Assembly (NCBI GenBank): GCA_013265495.1
Contig: MU058221.1
Coordinates: 5,812,066-5,876,065, forward strand
Direction: 5' to 3'
DNA length: 64,000 nt
Source of the DNA: Vicugna vicugna
Lineage: Eukaryota
The notes beneath the pieces were generated by a model. It did no database searches and had not been told where the DNA came from. It was given only the letters and a program-made list of their open reading frames with translations. Of this stretch, positions 1-14,058 are shown one piece after another; positions within the stretch are counted from its first letter, which is position 1, and every line of letters begins with the position of its first letter. A program made the translations under genes and the position numbers.

Positions 1-54
1 CTTTACTGCGGTGCTCTGGAACCAAACCCATATTATCTCCGAGGTGTGCCTGTA
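1..54 (+). mobile_element. Tigger1-like DNA transposon 3' end
   Basis: ...tctggaaccaaacccatattatctccgaggtgtgcctgTA resembles the Tigger1 terminus. Confidence 0.7.
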
Positions 55-1164
55 TTAGCTGAGGCCTGAAGGATGAGCCAGCAGAGATACGAAGAGTTTC
101 TAGTGGAAAATAAACAGCATGTGCCTAAGAGCCTTCCAGGTTACTGGGTGGAGGTTTTGGGCAACAGGCATTTCATTTCCTAAAGTTACACTTGTTCTAA
201 AGTTGGTCATGAAAGACAGAGAGGCCCCACAGAACGTGGAGGAAGGTTTCACTTGGCATGGGGACCTCACTGAAACACAGAGCCCACAGAGCTGCTGACG
301 GAGCCCTAAGAAGACAGTGCAGTTGCTGCTCAGTGACTGGAAGAGCCCTGTGCATCTTCCACATACATAGCCTCCATTCATGTCCTGATGTCGCCTAGAC
401 GCTGGATAACACTGGCTGTGATTTGTCCTTCCTACATGGACCTCGGGAATCAGGCACCAGATCCTCCCCCTGCTGAGACTCGCATCTGAGAGGGTGGGAG
501 GAACTAAGTGAGCAGGCGTTCTAGCTCTTCACTCCTGCCAAACACAGCAAGTGTTTAACAGGATCACACTCCCTTGCCATATGTTCACATAGACTTTTAT
601 TCACACACCTTTTTAAAGGTTTTATGTACATTCTGATCCCTGAAAAACATTATAAATAGAAGCATAACCTTGACTTGAAAGGTGCCTCAGTGCCTAATGC
701 TTTAAATATTTCCCTGAGTTGGAAGTGAAAAATACAAAAGGGCTGTTTTCCCTCCATCCCCCAGTCTGTCCTTGCTCGTTTTGGTAAAACTTCCTGTCGT
801 CGGGAGCTTTCTGACTCACAGCTGCTCCCTGTTCACCAGGTAGATTGTTAAGTGAAATGCTCTGGGCAAGAAAGTCACAATCCAATTCCGGGTAGGAATT
901 TTGACCAAAAAAAACACAACATACACGTTGTTTTATACAACAGATGGATTCTGAAAATGTTAGATATAAATTGGCCTTTGGGAAATTGAATTCCCTCCAA
1001 CACCTTATGTAATAATTTTGGAGTGGATTTATCTTAATTTCTGACTAACCTTCAGGTGTGAGAGGCTGCTAACAACAGTTTATGATTTGAAACAAGGCAA
1101 AGAAAGACGCTGAGTGACCTCCCGCCCATTTCCGACCTTCCTCCACTAACCTTACCCTGACTCT

Positions 1165-1600
1165 TGGATTAGATTCTTAGGGCTGCTGTAACAAAGTATG
1201 ACAAACTAGATGGTTTAAAACAACAAAAATTTATTCCCTCACAGTTTTGGAGACTAGAAATCCAAGATCAAGGTGTCAGCAGGAGGCCATGCGCCCTCTG
1301 AGACTCTGGGGAGAGTGGTTCCTTGCCCTTTGCTGGGTGCTGGTGATGGCCATTGGTCATTGGCTTTCCTTGGCTCATCACTGCATCACTCCGATCTCTG
1401 CCTCTGTTGTTCCGTGGTGTTTGTATTAGTCAGTTCGGGGTACCATAACAAAAATACCATAGACTGGGTGGCTTAAACAGAAATTTTTCACAATTCTGGA
1501 GACTGATAGTCTTAAGGTAAGTGCCAGCATGGTGAGAGCTCTCTTCCTGGCTTGGCCTTCTTGCTGTGTCCTTGTAGGTGGACTGTTTACAGATTGTTGC
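1165..1600. mobile_element. Two adjacent MLT1 (MaLR LTR) fragments, about 1165-1420 and 1421-1600
   Basis: Typical MLT1 motifs: gggctgctgtaacaaagtat..., tgtattagtc...aataccatagactgggtggcttaaac. Confidence 0.7.
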
Positions 1601-2819
1601 AAATGTAGCACGTCTTTTGTTAGATGATGAGCGTGCCAGTTCACTCACAACAGGGACATCAACAATCTGAATTAAGGCAGAAGATTCAACAAAAGGGCCT
1701 TCACGTTTCCTTCAGACTCTCAGATTCTATTATTTTAGACAAGAAAACTGTAAGAACCACTCTTTTTCTTCATTAAAAAAGACCAAGTTGCTGTTACAGC
1801 AAAGCAATATGCATCAGCATTGGTCACAGCCCACCACGTTCAACACTAACAAATAATTTGCACAGTAGTGTTGTAAAAGCCCAAGGTACTGCTGGGTTTG
1901 GCACTTTAAGTGATCCCTTCTATCCAGGCCTCTGGCAACAAAGCTGGGAGTCAGCATGACGCATTTTGTTACAGAAACCTATTGTTTTAGCCACTTGGCT
2001 CAGGAAGTAAGTAAAACTAGATGGAAAGCATTTAAACAATAAAACAAAAGCATCCCTGAAAATATCAGAGTTCTAACTTCCCTTTTACTGTGTCTGAAGC
2101 CCTACTTTGTCTTTGTGAAAGGACCTCCTAAAACTCCAAATTAGTTACCCAGGTGGAAACGTGTCACTAGACGCTTCTTGACTGACAAATCGATGTTCTC
2201 AGAATACATTCCCAAGTGAAAAAAAGCTTGTAGAATTTTACTAACAGTCGTAGCACTGACTAAATACACACTGTATATGGAGGTCATTTTTTCTGTGACA
2301 CAACTGATTGCATGGTTTGCGGCAAACCTGGTCAGACTGTCAGGCACTAACCTTTTATAAAGGAGCCAAGGAATGCGATTTCTGTCTTTCCTACTCCATC
2401 CTCCTAAATGAGTTTTCCAGGAAATGGAAACTTTTCACTTTGTTGAAACAGTTTAAAGTTAACTGTTCTGAATGTCATAAATGAGTGTTCCTGACTTCCT
2501 GTGCAAATGGTACCTATAAAACGCTTTTCTTGACGACACCGTCATTGTTGGCAAGACAGTGATATCCTCTCAGGAAGTTACTTGCCACTGTACTATCTGG
2601 CCACAAGCAACTGTTTTTTGTTTTGGTCTTTTTTTTTTTTTTTTTTTTTAACAGGCTCCACTCCGACCCCCACTTCGTAGTCTCTTTACGGGTCGCCTCT
2701 GTTCTACAGCTTGGGAAGCTAGATCACCAAGCTCTTCAAACTCTATGTAAAGAATAAATTCTCTCTGAGGAAGCATCGGCATGGTTCTTTATTCATTCAG
2801 TAGATGCTTATAAGAAAAC

Positions 2820-3365
2820 ACTAAGGTCCATCAGTGGTTGAATGGATTAAGATGTGGTACACACACACACAGGAATATCATTCAGCCATGAGAAAGAAGG
2901 AACTGCTGATTGTGACAACGTGGATGGATCTTAAGTGCAATATGCTAAGTAAAGTAAGTCAGAGATAGGCAGATACTGTAATCACTTACATGTTGAATTC
3001 AAAAGAGGCCAAAGTCATCGGAACAGAGAATAGAATGGTGGTTCCCAAGGGATGGAGGGTAGCGAAATGGGGAAACGCTGGTCAAAGAGTACAAATGTCC
3101 AGTTAGGAGGTAAGTTTTGGGGACCTAATGCAAAGCATTGTGATTACAGTTAACAATATTGTGTTATACATTTGAAAGTTGCTAAGAGAGTAGATCTCAA
3201 ATGTTCTTACCACACCAAAAACTGGGAATTACATGACATGATAGTTTAGCTGATCTTTCTGTGGTAATCATACTGCAGTATATAAATGCATCAAATCGAC
3301 ATGTCTTATGCCTTAAACTTACATAACAATATATGTCATATCTCAGTAAAGTTGAAAATAAAAAG
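2820..3365 (+). mobile_element. L1 3' end fragment
   Basis: gtccatcagtggttgaatggatt..., tgtgacaacgtggatggat..., A-rich end. Confidence 0.8.
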
Positions 3366-5564
3366 GAAACATGTAGTGCACCCATCTTTTTGGGTACCTC
3401 TATATTTTTAAGCTTTTTTCTTAATTATTAGATAAATATGCTATAAATTCAATTAAGTATCGTCTTTGTCAATACTAAGAATGTGTTTTAAAACAGACTG
3501 TGAATAAGAATACTCAAGTACCACTTGTTTAACACACAGTGTGAAGAGCCTATTCCATTATGCACTTAAACCAGGAGAACATGAACAACAGGTTTGCATT
3601 TAGCACCTGCGTGAAGCATGATATAATTTTGACAAAAGGCAGTTTCCTACAGTTGTGTTTTCTACAAATGCAAAGTTTTAAATTAAAATATGGTAGAAAG
3701 AGCCCTGAAAAAGAGGCAGATAGAATCTTATCCAGAGGTTATAAAGACACCATTAGCAGCTTTGATTGACATATTCTTAAAAAAAAAAAATCAAAATACC
3801 ATTAGTTGGAGTTTACATGCTGTTGCCCCCACTACTACCTACTCAGACTCTGGTTCCCTAGGTCCTCTTAAAGACATTTGAATTTGAAAGCTGTGTCCTA
3901 GTCACTTCTTCAGCTATCTTGGTTGTGCTGAGTTCTGATCATCTGTTCCTTGGGAATTCCTTCCATTCTACCTGTTGCATGAGGATATTAGAAAGTAAAA
4001 TGAACTGTATATGAACCAATAAAAACTTCTGGTGAGAAGACGGTACAAAAAAAGTAAAGCAAAGAGATTGCCTAAATTTATCATAGATCAATGTACTTAA
4101 ATTATTGACAACAAAGAACAAGAACAGAATGATTAAAACACAGATGATTCAAAAATAACATTTTTACAATTAAATCCATTTTTTCTTCTCCAAGTTTTTA
4201 ATTAGATTCAATAGCAAAAAGGATTCAACCGTTCCCTCTGTACCTTTTGTCCCTTTGGTAGCATTTTAAGGAATAATGAAATGGCCAAGGGGGAAAATAA
4301 GGGAGCAAGGGGAAAGATTACATGAATAGACTTCCAGACTCCCAAATAATCTAAAGAAGAGGTAGAAAAAAGTATGTGACTACAGGAAAAAAATCAAGAT
4401 TTCTGTCTTGGAGCAGGCCATAAATATCAGTATCTTTGTCACTATTAATGGCTACTAAAAATAAAGTTTCTTTTGCTTTATATCCCACCTTTACTAGATG
4501 GGTGGTTAAAAAGTCTAGTAAAAGGCAATATTAAAATAGGTTTTTAAAATTCAAGCCAACAATTACTTATTGAATATCTACTCTGAGTCTAATATGTTAA
4601 AGATAAAACAGTAGATTATAGCATTACTCCTTAAAGAAAGAAAAGACTTACACAAAAAAATAATCAGAGACAGAAGAAAAACTCTTGAGCAGAACACAAA
4701 CATGTGCCCCACTCCTGCAGTTAACCAGAAAGTTCAGTAACTAGAAAACCCACAAGCTTGTAATCTTTAATTCAGTAAGTTGCTCTAAAAATTCAAACTT
4801 TCTTTTTAAACACAGTTGAAGTTTAGAGTCTGTCAACCTTGAATATTTCCTTCAATTCTTTACCTCCAGGAGAATTGGACAAAAGCACTGTTTGCTATGC
4901 TTAACAATTAAGGGATGAGTCAAGCTTCCCTGGAGACCTGGACCTCTGGCAATTATTTCCTCCCTGACCTCACTGTAATGTTTTCATTGCATGTCTAACA
5001 TTCAGAAGGTATTATCTCTATTTTATGCCATGCATGTTGATATTTAATGCATAAAGCACAATTCATATCTTAAAGTTCACCTGAAAAAGACATGTACCTA
5101 GATTTCCACAGTTACACAGTACAGCTCAGGATGACAGGGACGTGCAAGGTATCACTGGGAAATAAGAAGGGCACATGACAAGAAAGGGCCAGAAGCAATG
5201 AGGTTGCTCCACTGTTGGCGGTGCTAAGTTTGATCACTCGAGTAGGGTGACCACCACCTGAGCGTTCGCTGTAAAGGTATCTTTGTTTCTTTATAAGCCT
5301 GATGGGGAAAGAAAAAATGGGTAGGAAGGCGTAGAATTCCTGGAGAAGGTGGGATCTAGCCAGACAAAGCAGAGAAGTGGGGTGAGAACGCCAGGCAGAG
5401 GGGATAGCCAAGCATCACGCCGAGAAAAACTAGAGCATAGACCGGAACAGACAAGTAGTACAGAGTGTCACCCTGTGTCTGAGAGGCAGGCGGGGACAGG
5501 TTCTGAAGGGCCTTGTGAGCCAGAGTTAAGGAGATGGGTTTGTCTGCTAGGCTAGTACTATACT

Positions 5565-5799
5565 GCAAAAGATTACGGCTTGCTGAAGGTTCAGACGATA
5601 CCATTTTTTTAGCAAAAAAGTATTTTTTAAATTAAGGTATGTACATTGTTTTCTTAGACATGCTGTTGCATTCTTAATCGACTACAGTATAATGTATACG
5701 CACTGGGAAACCAACTATTTTGTGTGACTTGCTTCACTGCGATATTTGCTTTATTGCGGTGGTCTGGAACCAAACTGGCAATATTTCCGAGTGCTTGTA
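5565..5799 (+). mobile_element. Tigger1-like 3' fragment
   Basis: gctgaaggttcagacgat...cactgggaaacca...gcgatatttgctttattgcggtggtctggaacc. Confidence 0.75.
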
Positions 5800-6519
5800 G
5801 AATCCAAAGTGTGGTGTGCCCCTGGATGCTGAAGAAATTTTATTTATCTTTTAAAATATCTGTACTTTGTGTACACTGCAAATGGACAATATTATATGTA
5901 TTAATTGAAATCAGAACCTTAAGTGGACGACTAGGGAGGTTTGGGGGGGGTGTGGTGAGAGAATGGAAAACTGTTTGACACTTACTAATTACTTAAGTCC
6001 TTCCAGGAGGAGCTGTTCAGCAGATAGCTGTACATAAAGCTGTAGATCTGGGGAGGGCACCTTTGGCTGGACATGTCGCTTTGGAACATCTGCTGAAATC
6101 ATGAGAGAGAGTAACAGTGGACCAACAGCAGAACTCTGGGAAACACTAACATTTACAATAACATGATTACTTTTTTTCAAAAGGAAAATACGAGCACAAG
6201 CAGCAGTGTTTCTACTCTTACTTAAAAATGTTAAAAAGCTCCCAAGTGTTAATACAAAGTTAGTAACTGCTAGCCCTTATTTCCATTACTGCATGAAAAT
6301 GAGGCTCGGTGGATCATGAAGAAAACAAAAATATTTCTGTTAGCAATCCAACAGCAATTCAAAATGAGAAAATCTAATTTTCTTACCAGTTTGAGGAGCA
6401 GTCGGCAAGTGAGTTTAAAAGTCTCCCATGAAATTTGGATCTTTTGAAGAAATGACTGACTACAGAGTTGGGCCAGGGAAAATACAAAGCGAGCCTGGAT
6501 ACCTTGTGTCAAAAAATGA

Positions 6520-7625
6520 AGAAGTGTTCAAGACTAAAAGGGACATGTCAATAGGGCACGAGAGCTGGCTGAGGTGGGCTCCCCTAACCAAATTTGGGAT
6601 GATCTGAGCATCAGAAAGAACAATAAATTTTAACACATTGAATATAAAGAGAATCTGTGAGTCTGCAGTAGTATTTCAAAGTACAACATGGAAAAACAGG
6701 AAGCTCTTCTTCACACACACACAAGCCACCTAATAAACGAAGAATGAAGGATGGAATCAGAAAATCTCCGTGTCACAACTCCTACTGAATAACTGATTCA
6801 GGCTAATAATCATCAACAAACACTAAAACCATTGAGTTAAAAGTTGTTGAAGAACAGAATATTCACAAGGCCTCACAGTTTCCTTCTTGATTGTCAGGTG
6901 GAAAAACACCTTACAGTGCAAAGATACGGCAGATACTACCTTAACCAAACATAACATCACCAACAATGGGATGAACTGACAGCCTGTGCCTCCTGATGCC
7001 ATACAAATGGGAAATATGTATCATCGAGGCAATATTCTTTAACTTAGATTGAATCATGAAGAAACACTCAGACAAATCCAGAAATGTGGAACCTTCCATA
7101 AGCCAACTGGCCTGTACTCTCAAAAAATGTCAGAAAACACTTTTAAAAAAATTGGGGGGGAGCAGTGGAGTGGGCAGGGGAACTGCTCTAGAGAAGAGAA
7201 TGAAAGAAAGGAGAATAAACCCAATGCATAAACTTTGAGTTCCTAATAAAAACAAAAACCATATAGCAATCTGGAATATTTTGGGTGCAACTAGGGCATT
7301 TGAATTGTATACTGGATACTATTAAATCAACGTTAAGTTTCTTGGGTTTGATAATGGTGTAGTGGTTATGTAAAAAAAAGTCCGGTTCTTAGGAGATACA
7401 CAGTGATATACTTAGCGGGAAGGAAGCATCATGATGACTAAAATTTATTTTAAAGGGATCAGAAAAAAAAGAAAGAGAGAAAAGGATAAAGATTACACAC
7501 ATAGAAAGAAGAGATAAAGCAAATGTAACCAAATACAAACACTTGGTGAATTAGATAAACGGATGCTCACTGTACTGTTTCCAACTTTTCTGTAGTTAAA
7601 ATTTTTTTCAAAATAAAAAGTTAGG
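6520..7625 (+). mobile_element. Old L1 (L1MC/ME-like) 3' region
   Basis: ggcagatactaccttaaccaa...catcaccaacaatggg; terminal ttttctgtagttaaaattttttcaaaataaaaag. Confidence 0.6.
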
Positions 7626-7948
7626 AAAAATATATAAAGTAATCTATGTGGCTAATATGCTATAGGTGATTTTATTTCCCAGAATACACTCATAAATGAC
7701 TCACTACTTAAAATAAAGCCGACCATAAACTTCTTCCCATCAAAGCTAACCAAGCTAAAAGGCAGACTAACATCACCTCTGGCTGGTGTCAGCAACGTAA
7801 TTTCTGTCTTTTTTATTTCCCCACAAGAGTTAAGAATCATCTGACTTACCTGTGAATTAACAAACCAGACAAGCACTTAGCGCTCACAGCCACTTTATCA
7901 AAAACAATTTAACATGGGAAAAGCTATAATGTTCTGGTTTTAAAATAA

Positions 7949-7954
7949 TTTATT
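7949..7954 (-). terminator. Probable RNF103 polyadenylation signal AATAAA (3' UTR about 420 nt); further candidates at 7812-7817 and 7671-7676
   Basis: TTTATT on the plus strand, downstream of the stop codon in an AU-rich UTR. Confidence 0.6.
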
Positions 7955-8372
7955 TCATAGGTCTGTTTTAATTTCATGTCTCAGAGCATACATTATTCAA
8001 CCAAGAGGTGCTGGACAAAGATTGTAAAAAGGGAGGAAACATTTAGGATAAGAAACCACCTCAATTCCATTAGAATTTGATCCTACCTTGTCAAGTCTTG
8101 CTAGGATAATTTCTATCATACTTCTTCTGTGCTTCCAAAAAAACATTAACTTCAGAATTTCCAATGTTGTAAATAAAAACTTTCACAATTAAGTATGCAT
8201 TCAAATCGACACACAAGGCAACCAAATAATTGTCACCAACATTAGCATAATGTGTATTTCCTGTCACTGCACTAACATTAAACTAAACGTCAAACCACAA
8301 AAACATTGTGACTAACATTAAAAAGGCAAGCTGTAAGATACTCAAAGCTTATAAAGGACAAATTGCACATGG

Positions 8373-9945
8373 TTAAGATGGGACATCATTTGACAAGGGC
8401 TGGTGGTGTGCATATGGCTGCTTTTTTTTATACGAAGGCCACCGGCAAACAGGGCAACAGTGTCGGCCCCCAGCCAACCACATCACAATGCAATTCTGAT
8501 GGAACACATGACCACAAGGCAACCCCATTAGCAAACATCCATTTTCAAAATTCTCTAGGCAAACAACACATTCAGTACAGTGCAGCATATCAGCAGGCCA
8601 CGCTAACCAATCAGGCTCCATATCTTCGTTAGTGTTATACGATCCATATGACCTCCCCTTCCTTTCGTAAGGGCCGGTCTGACAATATTTATTGGCACAC
8701 GAACAAGCCTCAGCCTCACAGTGACTTGCTCTTCCTGGAGAATGGTGAACTACGTTTTGTTTATCTTCAAACACTTCCTTCTCACTGCTAGAAGTGTCTG
8801 TGCTCTCACTGTCTGAGTCATTTTCAATATCTTGAGAACCCTCCGACAGTTCCTCTTCAGACTGGACTCCAAGACATCTGAATCGCCACATTGGCAAGTT
8901 TTTTATATAATCAGTCGGTATCAGAGGGTGAAGCCAAAGGTCGGGGAAAGCTAAGCGCTCCAAGAACAAGTCAGGGTCTTCGTCCCAATCAGACTCTACA
9001 GGAAAGTTCTGAAAAGATGCGATCGGGTGGAAGAGGTAGCTGGTGTACCAGTCCCACAGACTTGATAACCATTCTAAGTTATTGGCATTCACTTCATCAT
9101 TGTTGTTGCGCCGTCTCTTCTTCTCAAAGTAATCAATTAGTAACCCATGGCCAAGGTATGTACTAAGGAACAAGGCTGGGTGTGAAGAATAAAACATCCA
9201 GTCCGCCCTCACCCACGAAGCCAGTGTGGTTGTGTTGGAGTATCGCAGCAACTTCAAGCTGTATTCATAAAAGCTATCCAGGTAAGGGAGCTGTAAAAAG
9301 CCCAACACAGGTAGCCAGGAAATAATTAATAGAGAGTTGTAAGTCCCTAAAGTGCTTATGAGAACCACAAATCGCTTTATGGTGGCTCCTTGCGTGATAA
9401 ATAAGTCCATCCAGGCCATAAGATTAACTAGAACCAAGCTCAAAACAAACAAATCATTTACTTCAGGTTGTACTGAGCGCAAAAATGAATCCATGGCCTG
9501 AAGGGATATAAATTCGCCTGTGTGGTTTCCGTATCTGTAAATTCCTTCCGGAGTTCTAAGTATGTACGATGGCATGTTATGTACACCAACATCTGTCATG
9601 TAACTCTTGTTGTCCCAGTTTTCCACATTTACAAAAATAAACTCAACTCTTCCAGTAAACTTTATACTTAGTGCAGAGAAGAAAGCTGGGGGTTGGTCAA
9701 GGTTTGCAAATAGGTATATTTTTACCCAATATTGATCACTTTTATTCCATTCTTCTTTCAAACGTTCAGCATTATAAATGGTTTTGATCCGAGAAGCTGC
9801 GTGAGCAGTAATCCACTTGAAAATGTGCTCTACTTCAATCTTGCGCCCACTGTATTCTTTAAGCATGACCTTCCCTTTAGAAGTAGTCGTTTGTGGAACG
9901 GACATTATGAGCGTGGATCGTACCCAGCCTCTTCTCCTGCAGTAT
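8373..9945 (-). CDS. RNF103: RNF103 terminal coding exon 4: transmembrane segments, acidic region, C-terminal RING-H2 finger
   Basis: Acceptor ttcctctcttacag|ATACTGC. The ORF track 565-aa ORF contains it, including CVVC...CGHVFHQNC...CPVC (C3H2C3). Exon lengths total 2055 nt, in frame to the TAA at 8373. Confidence 0.97.
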
Positions 9946-10773
9946 CTGTAAGAGAGGAAACTGTAAGGAAACAGCTGGGCTGCCAGATGAGCTGGCTCGC
10001 TCGTCTCCGCTGTTGTCTTTCCCTGGTAAATTTCCTTAGCACTTGAAAGACACCCTCTCCCCCCAAACACATAACCTGTTAACGATCAAAAGCAGTATCA
10101 ATACCTGGCAGCTGTATAAGAGGAAAAGCAAGCTCTCTTTTTGTAATATTTTTGGTTCTTTCTTTTTCACTTCGTTTTTTTTTTTTTTAAGGAAAAGTGT
10201 AGCTTGAAAAGCCTCTGAGTAAAGGGAATCAGCAAACCTTTCAGCATCGATTATGAACCTACTAGTGCATTATGTGCTGGTAAGATTCAAAAGATAACAG
10301 GAAAATAATTCCTGTGTACAAAGAATTTAAAATCCTGTTAAGACAAAACAAAGCATAAAACTCTACATATTCTATTACTAAATAATATAAAAGAAGTTTG
10401 AAAAAAAAAAAGGGAGTATCATTGGGAGTTTGAGCTGGTGAGGATTTCATGAAGGTTTTGGGAACTGAACTAGGTCTTGAAGGATGGTTAGATTCAAACG
10501 GGCAAAGGAGAGAGAAGAAAACAGATCACTCTACATGCTGAGTCCCTGACTTGAATGCAAGCTCCTGAGGGTAGGAGCCATGCTGCACCCATTTATTAAC
10601 CCAAGAACCCACTACAATGCCTCACGCACACAGGCAGTGTCACAAAGTAATCTGCACAAAAGCTCGCCTAGAAAAAAGCAAGTCTTATCTTTTTTGTACT
10701 CTCTTATTTCTTTAATGAGGATCATGAAGAGGAGTATTTAACATAGAGAAAACAAAGGTTAAGAAGTTTTTAG

Positions 10774-10906
10774 GGGGGCAAGGGTATAGCTTAGTGGTAG
10801 AGTGCATGCTTAGCACTCAAGAGGTCCTGGGTTCAATCCCTAGTACCTCCACTGAAAAAATGAAGTAAAATAAATAAATTACCTCCTCACCGACCCCTCC
10901 AAAAAA
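10774..10906 (+). mobile_element. tRNA-Ala(AGC)-derived SINE (camelid vic-1 type)
   Basis: gggtatagcttagtggtagagtgcatgcttagc...gaggtcctgggttcaatccctagtacctcca followed by an A-rich tail; short flanking duplication agtttt(t/c)ag. Confidence 0.8.
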
Positions 10907-13694
10907 TAGTTTTCAGATTAAGAAGTGACTCAGTCCAAGGATGACCCCCATTTACAACACAGTAAATACAGAAGAATTTAACTAAAATTAAATCATTTGT
11001 TTAGATTTATCCAGTGGGGTCATGACTCCAGACCTCTTGGAAATGGACAGGTTCTTGCTATAATATTTGTGACAAAACTCTACCCCTAAAAAAACTAGAT
11101 GACAAGTGAAAGGAGATGCTGGAAAATAAAAACAGCTGCTGTATTACAGTGGAGAGAAAATCAACGAAACATTTTTTTTTAAGTTTTATGATGTGTAAAT
11201 TTACGTTAGTGAAGTTGGAAAAAAAAATCTACCATGTGGATACATTTTGTTCACTACAGATCTGTAAATGGATGGTAATAAATGTTTAATTTTTTATTTT
11301 GCTATTCAGAATATTGATATAAAAATCATAAATGTTATGCTTCAGTTAGTAAGCATGGATTATATTTTAGTAAATTAAATAAGCATATTACACATTTATA
11401 TGATCAGATTAAGAGAGACAAAAGTCTTGACATACGTGGCATACATCACATTTTATGATTTTATGATGATAATACGATTAATTTATCTCAGGTATTTTGT
11501 GATATAGTTTAACGTAAGTGAACACAACATGCTATGTCACAAAGGCAAGGTTAGTAATGACTCTGGGAAACCATCTGGGCGACTCAGAACCAGAGACCAT
11601 GACTCAGCTCCTTGTTGAGTTTATTCACTTCCTTCCCAAGATAGGTATCATTAATATCAATACTGCTTTAATTGCAATGGTTTGAGAAACACATACTCCT
11701 ACAAAATAAAATATCTTCTACTCTGTACCAGTGTACAAAATAATAATCATTGCCATGAATGTGATTTTTATCTTCCCTCACAAAACAAGTCAAATGCATG
11801 TAGATAATCGTGTTATTTACATCTTCAATACCTAACCTGCTGTACTTTTTTAATTGCATAGGATACTTGTAATGACACATTGGTCATTCTTTTTATCTTT
11901 CTATAACCACCTCAGAGAATATATGGCTTCTGATTTGTGTCATATAAATTAAATGACACTTTTTCAGACAGAAAGCTTTCCTCTGTAAAACAGCAAAGTC
12001 TTAGTGCACACATTTTTTCATGTAAGAAAATAAATGTCCTATGTACTTTCTTTTCAGTTCAGAGCTAAGTGATGGTTTTAAGGTTTATCATTCCAGAAAG
12101 AATTTAAGAGTACCCAGGACAATAACATTTTGTATGTCATCATATGTCTTTCAGATTAAATCCATGCTTTCCACACTTGATATCCAACATCCAAATATCG
12201 TATACCAAATTAATTTTAAAACCCCACTGCTAAACAGAAATGAAGACTAATGTTCATACTATTTTTAAGCATGTTATTTACTGTATATCAATATAAAAAG
12301 TTTACTGCCAAGTCAAAAAACCTCTTAAAGGTGTGAATAAGTTCGATGATAAGACCATGAAAATATTCTCTAGTGACCAAAAGTAAGCCTTTTTGAGATA
12401 TCATAAGAGAATCTGAAGACTAAAAATGACAGAAAACATGGCTAGTGAGTTCTGGCACTCCAGTTTCTGGCATGGCATGCTATATTTAAAAAGAAACCTT
12501 GGTATTTCTGTTCATATAATGCTGTTTCTTCAGACAAGGTCACTGGCCTCCTCGGCCTTCCTATCCCCCTCTGCAATCTCCCCTTTCCTTCCCTAACTAT
12601 TCCATAGGCACCCATCCCTGATTCTTTGACCATAAGCCCTCCTGGCTCTGTTTATCATTCAGCTCCTGTAATTCCAGTGTCCTCTAACCACTCTACTATC
12701 CCTGCCCCATCTCTCCAACCCCACCTCACTTTCTACTTTCTCCAAAGGGAAGAGAAAGGAGCAGAGCGTTGACCTGAAAAGCCCTTTGAGATAGATCACT
12801 TGGTTGGGGAATGAGAGGAATGAGGACCAGGGAAGCTGGCCAAGCGAGAAAGAAATCAGAACTGCTGCCAAGGCAGAGTCAGATGCTGCACAGAGCGGTG
12901 GTCCTGAAAGTCCAGACAGGGCACTAAGCAGGTCACGAAAGATCTTCTTCACAGTGGGACTGGCACATCAGAGGAGGCTGCCGTGTAGGCCACCCCGAGA
13001 AGGAATGACAGTCAAAGAAAGCCACATAGGCTGAGGGGTAGAGATTCTGCTGTTTTAGAAATCTCAGATCAAGATGATGGCTCAGTTACTCGGTGTGTGA
13101 TTAGAACGCTTGCAGAAGAACACTGTTCTTTGTCCAGTTACACCCTGCATTGAGATTCTCAACACCCTTTTCCTTATCAACCTATTTTGTTCTTCTGTAT
13201 CTCCATAATCCTCAAAAAAAGTGGGGGGGGGGGATGACCCTGACTAAGCACAGTGTCTATGGCAGTAACAGGTCCTGCTCCAGCTGGAAGGCTTTCCAAA
13301 TAAGAGGAAACAAACATGACAGTACTGAAACTGACGCAAGTAACTCTGCATCAAGATCGTCATTTCTGCGATGGAACTGAAGAAGATGACACACAAGTGC
13401 TTTTTTAGTAACAAAAAAATTATAGCTTCTGCAGTCAACAAAAAAGCAAAAAGTTGCTCCAAAAAAGATCTCTTCCATCATACATAACAGGTAGGATTAT
13501 CTGAAGACAAAGATGAAGGATTCAGAGGAAAACTTGGAGGTAGCTTCTATGTATCTTTTCACCACTCCTTAGCTGGTATAGACTCAAAAAGGGCTTTTCA
13601 AAAGAAAAGCTACAAAATTTGCACTGAAGTCCCCTGGACTCAGTTATGACCCTTCTGGTGCATGTTCCTTTGTAAGATTACATTAAAAATCAAT

Positions 13695-14058
13695 ACCGTA
13701 TAATATCACTCATATGTGGAATCTAAAAAAAAGAAAGAAGAAAGAAGACACTAATGAACTCACCGACAAAAGAAACAGACTCCCATACATAGTGAACAAT
13801 CTTTTGGTTACTGAGGAAAGGGGGTGGGAAGGGGTAGATACGGGGGTTTGCGATTTGCAAATGTTAGCTACTAGATATAAAAACAGATAAAATTCAGATT
13901 TCTTCTGCATAGCACAAGGAATTATATTCAATATCTTTTAATAACCTTTAATAAAAAAGAATATGAAAATGAATATATGTATATATATGCATCACTGGGA
14001 CATTATGCTTTACACCAGAAATTGACACGTTGTAATTGATGATACTTCAATAAAAGAA
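13695..14058 (+). mobile_element. L1 3' end, 5'-truncated, with TSD AAAAATCAAT (13685-13694 / 14059-14068)
   Basis: atcactcatatgtggaatctaaaa...acaccagaaattgacac...ttcaataaaa. Confidence 0.8.

Noticed and set aside
9946..10070. N-terminal extension of the 565-aa ORF (MFGGRG...FLSYR)
   Set aside because: It is intron 3 sequence that happens to be open. It starts at GTG and contains the polypyrimidine acceptor. The upstream AG at 10076 would add 130 nt and shift the frame.
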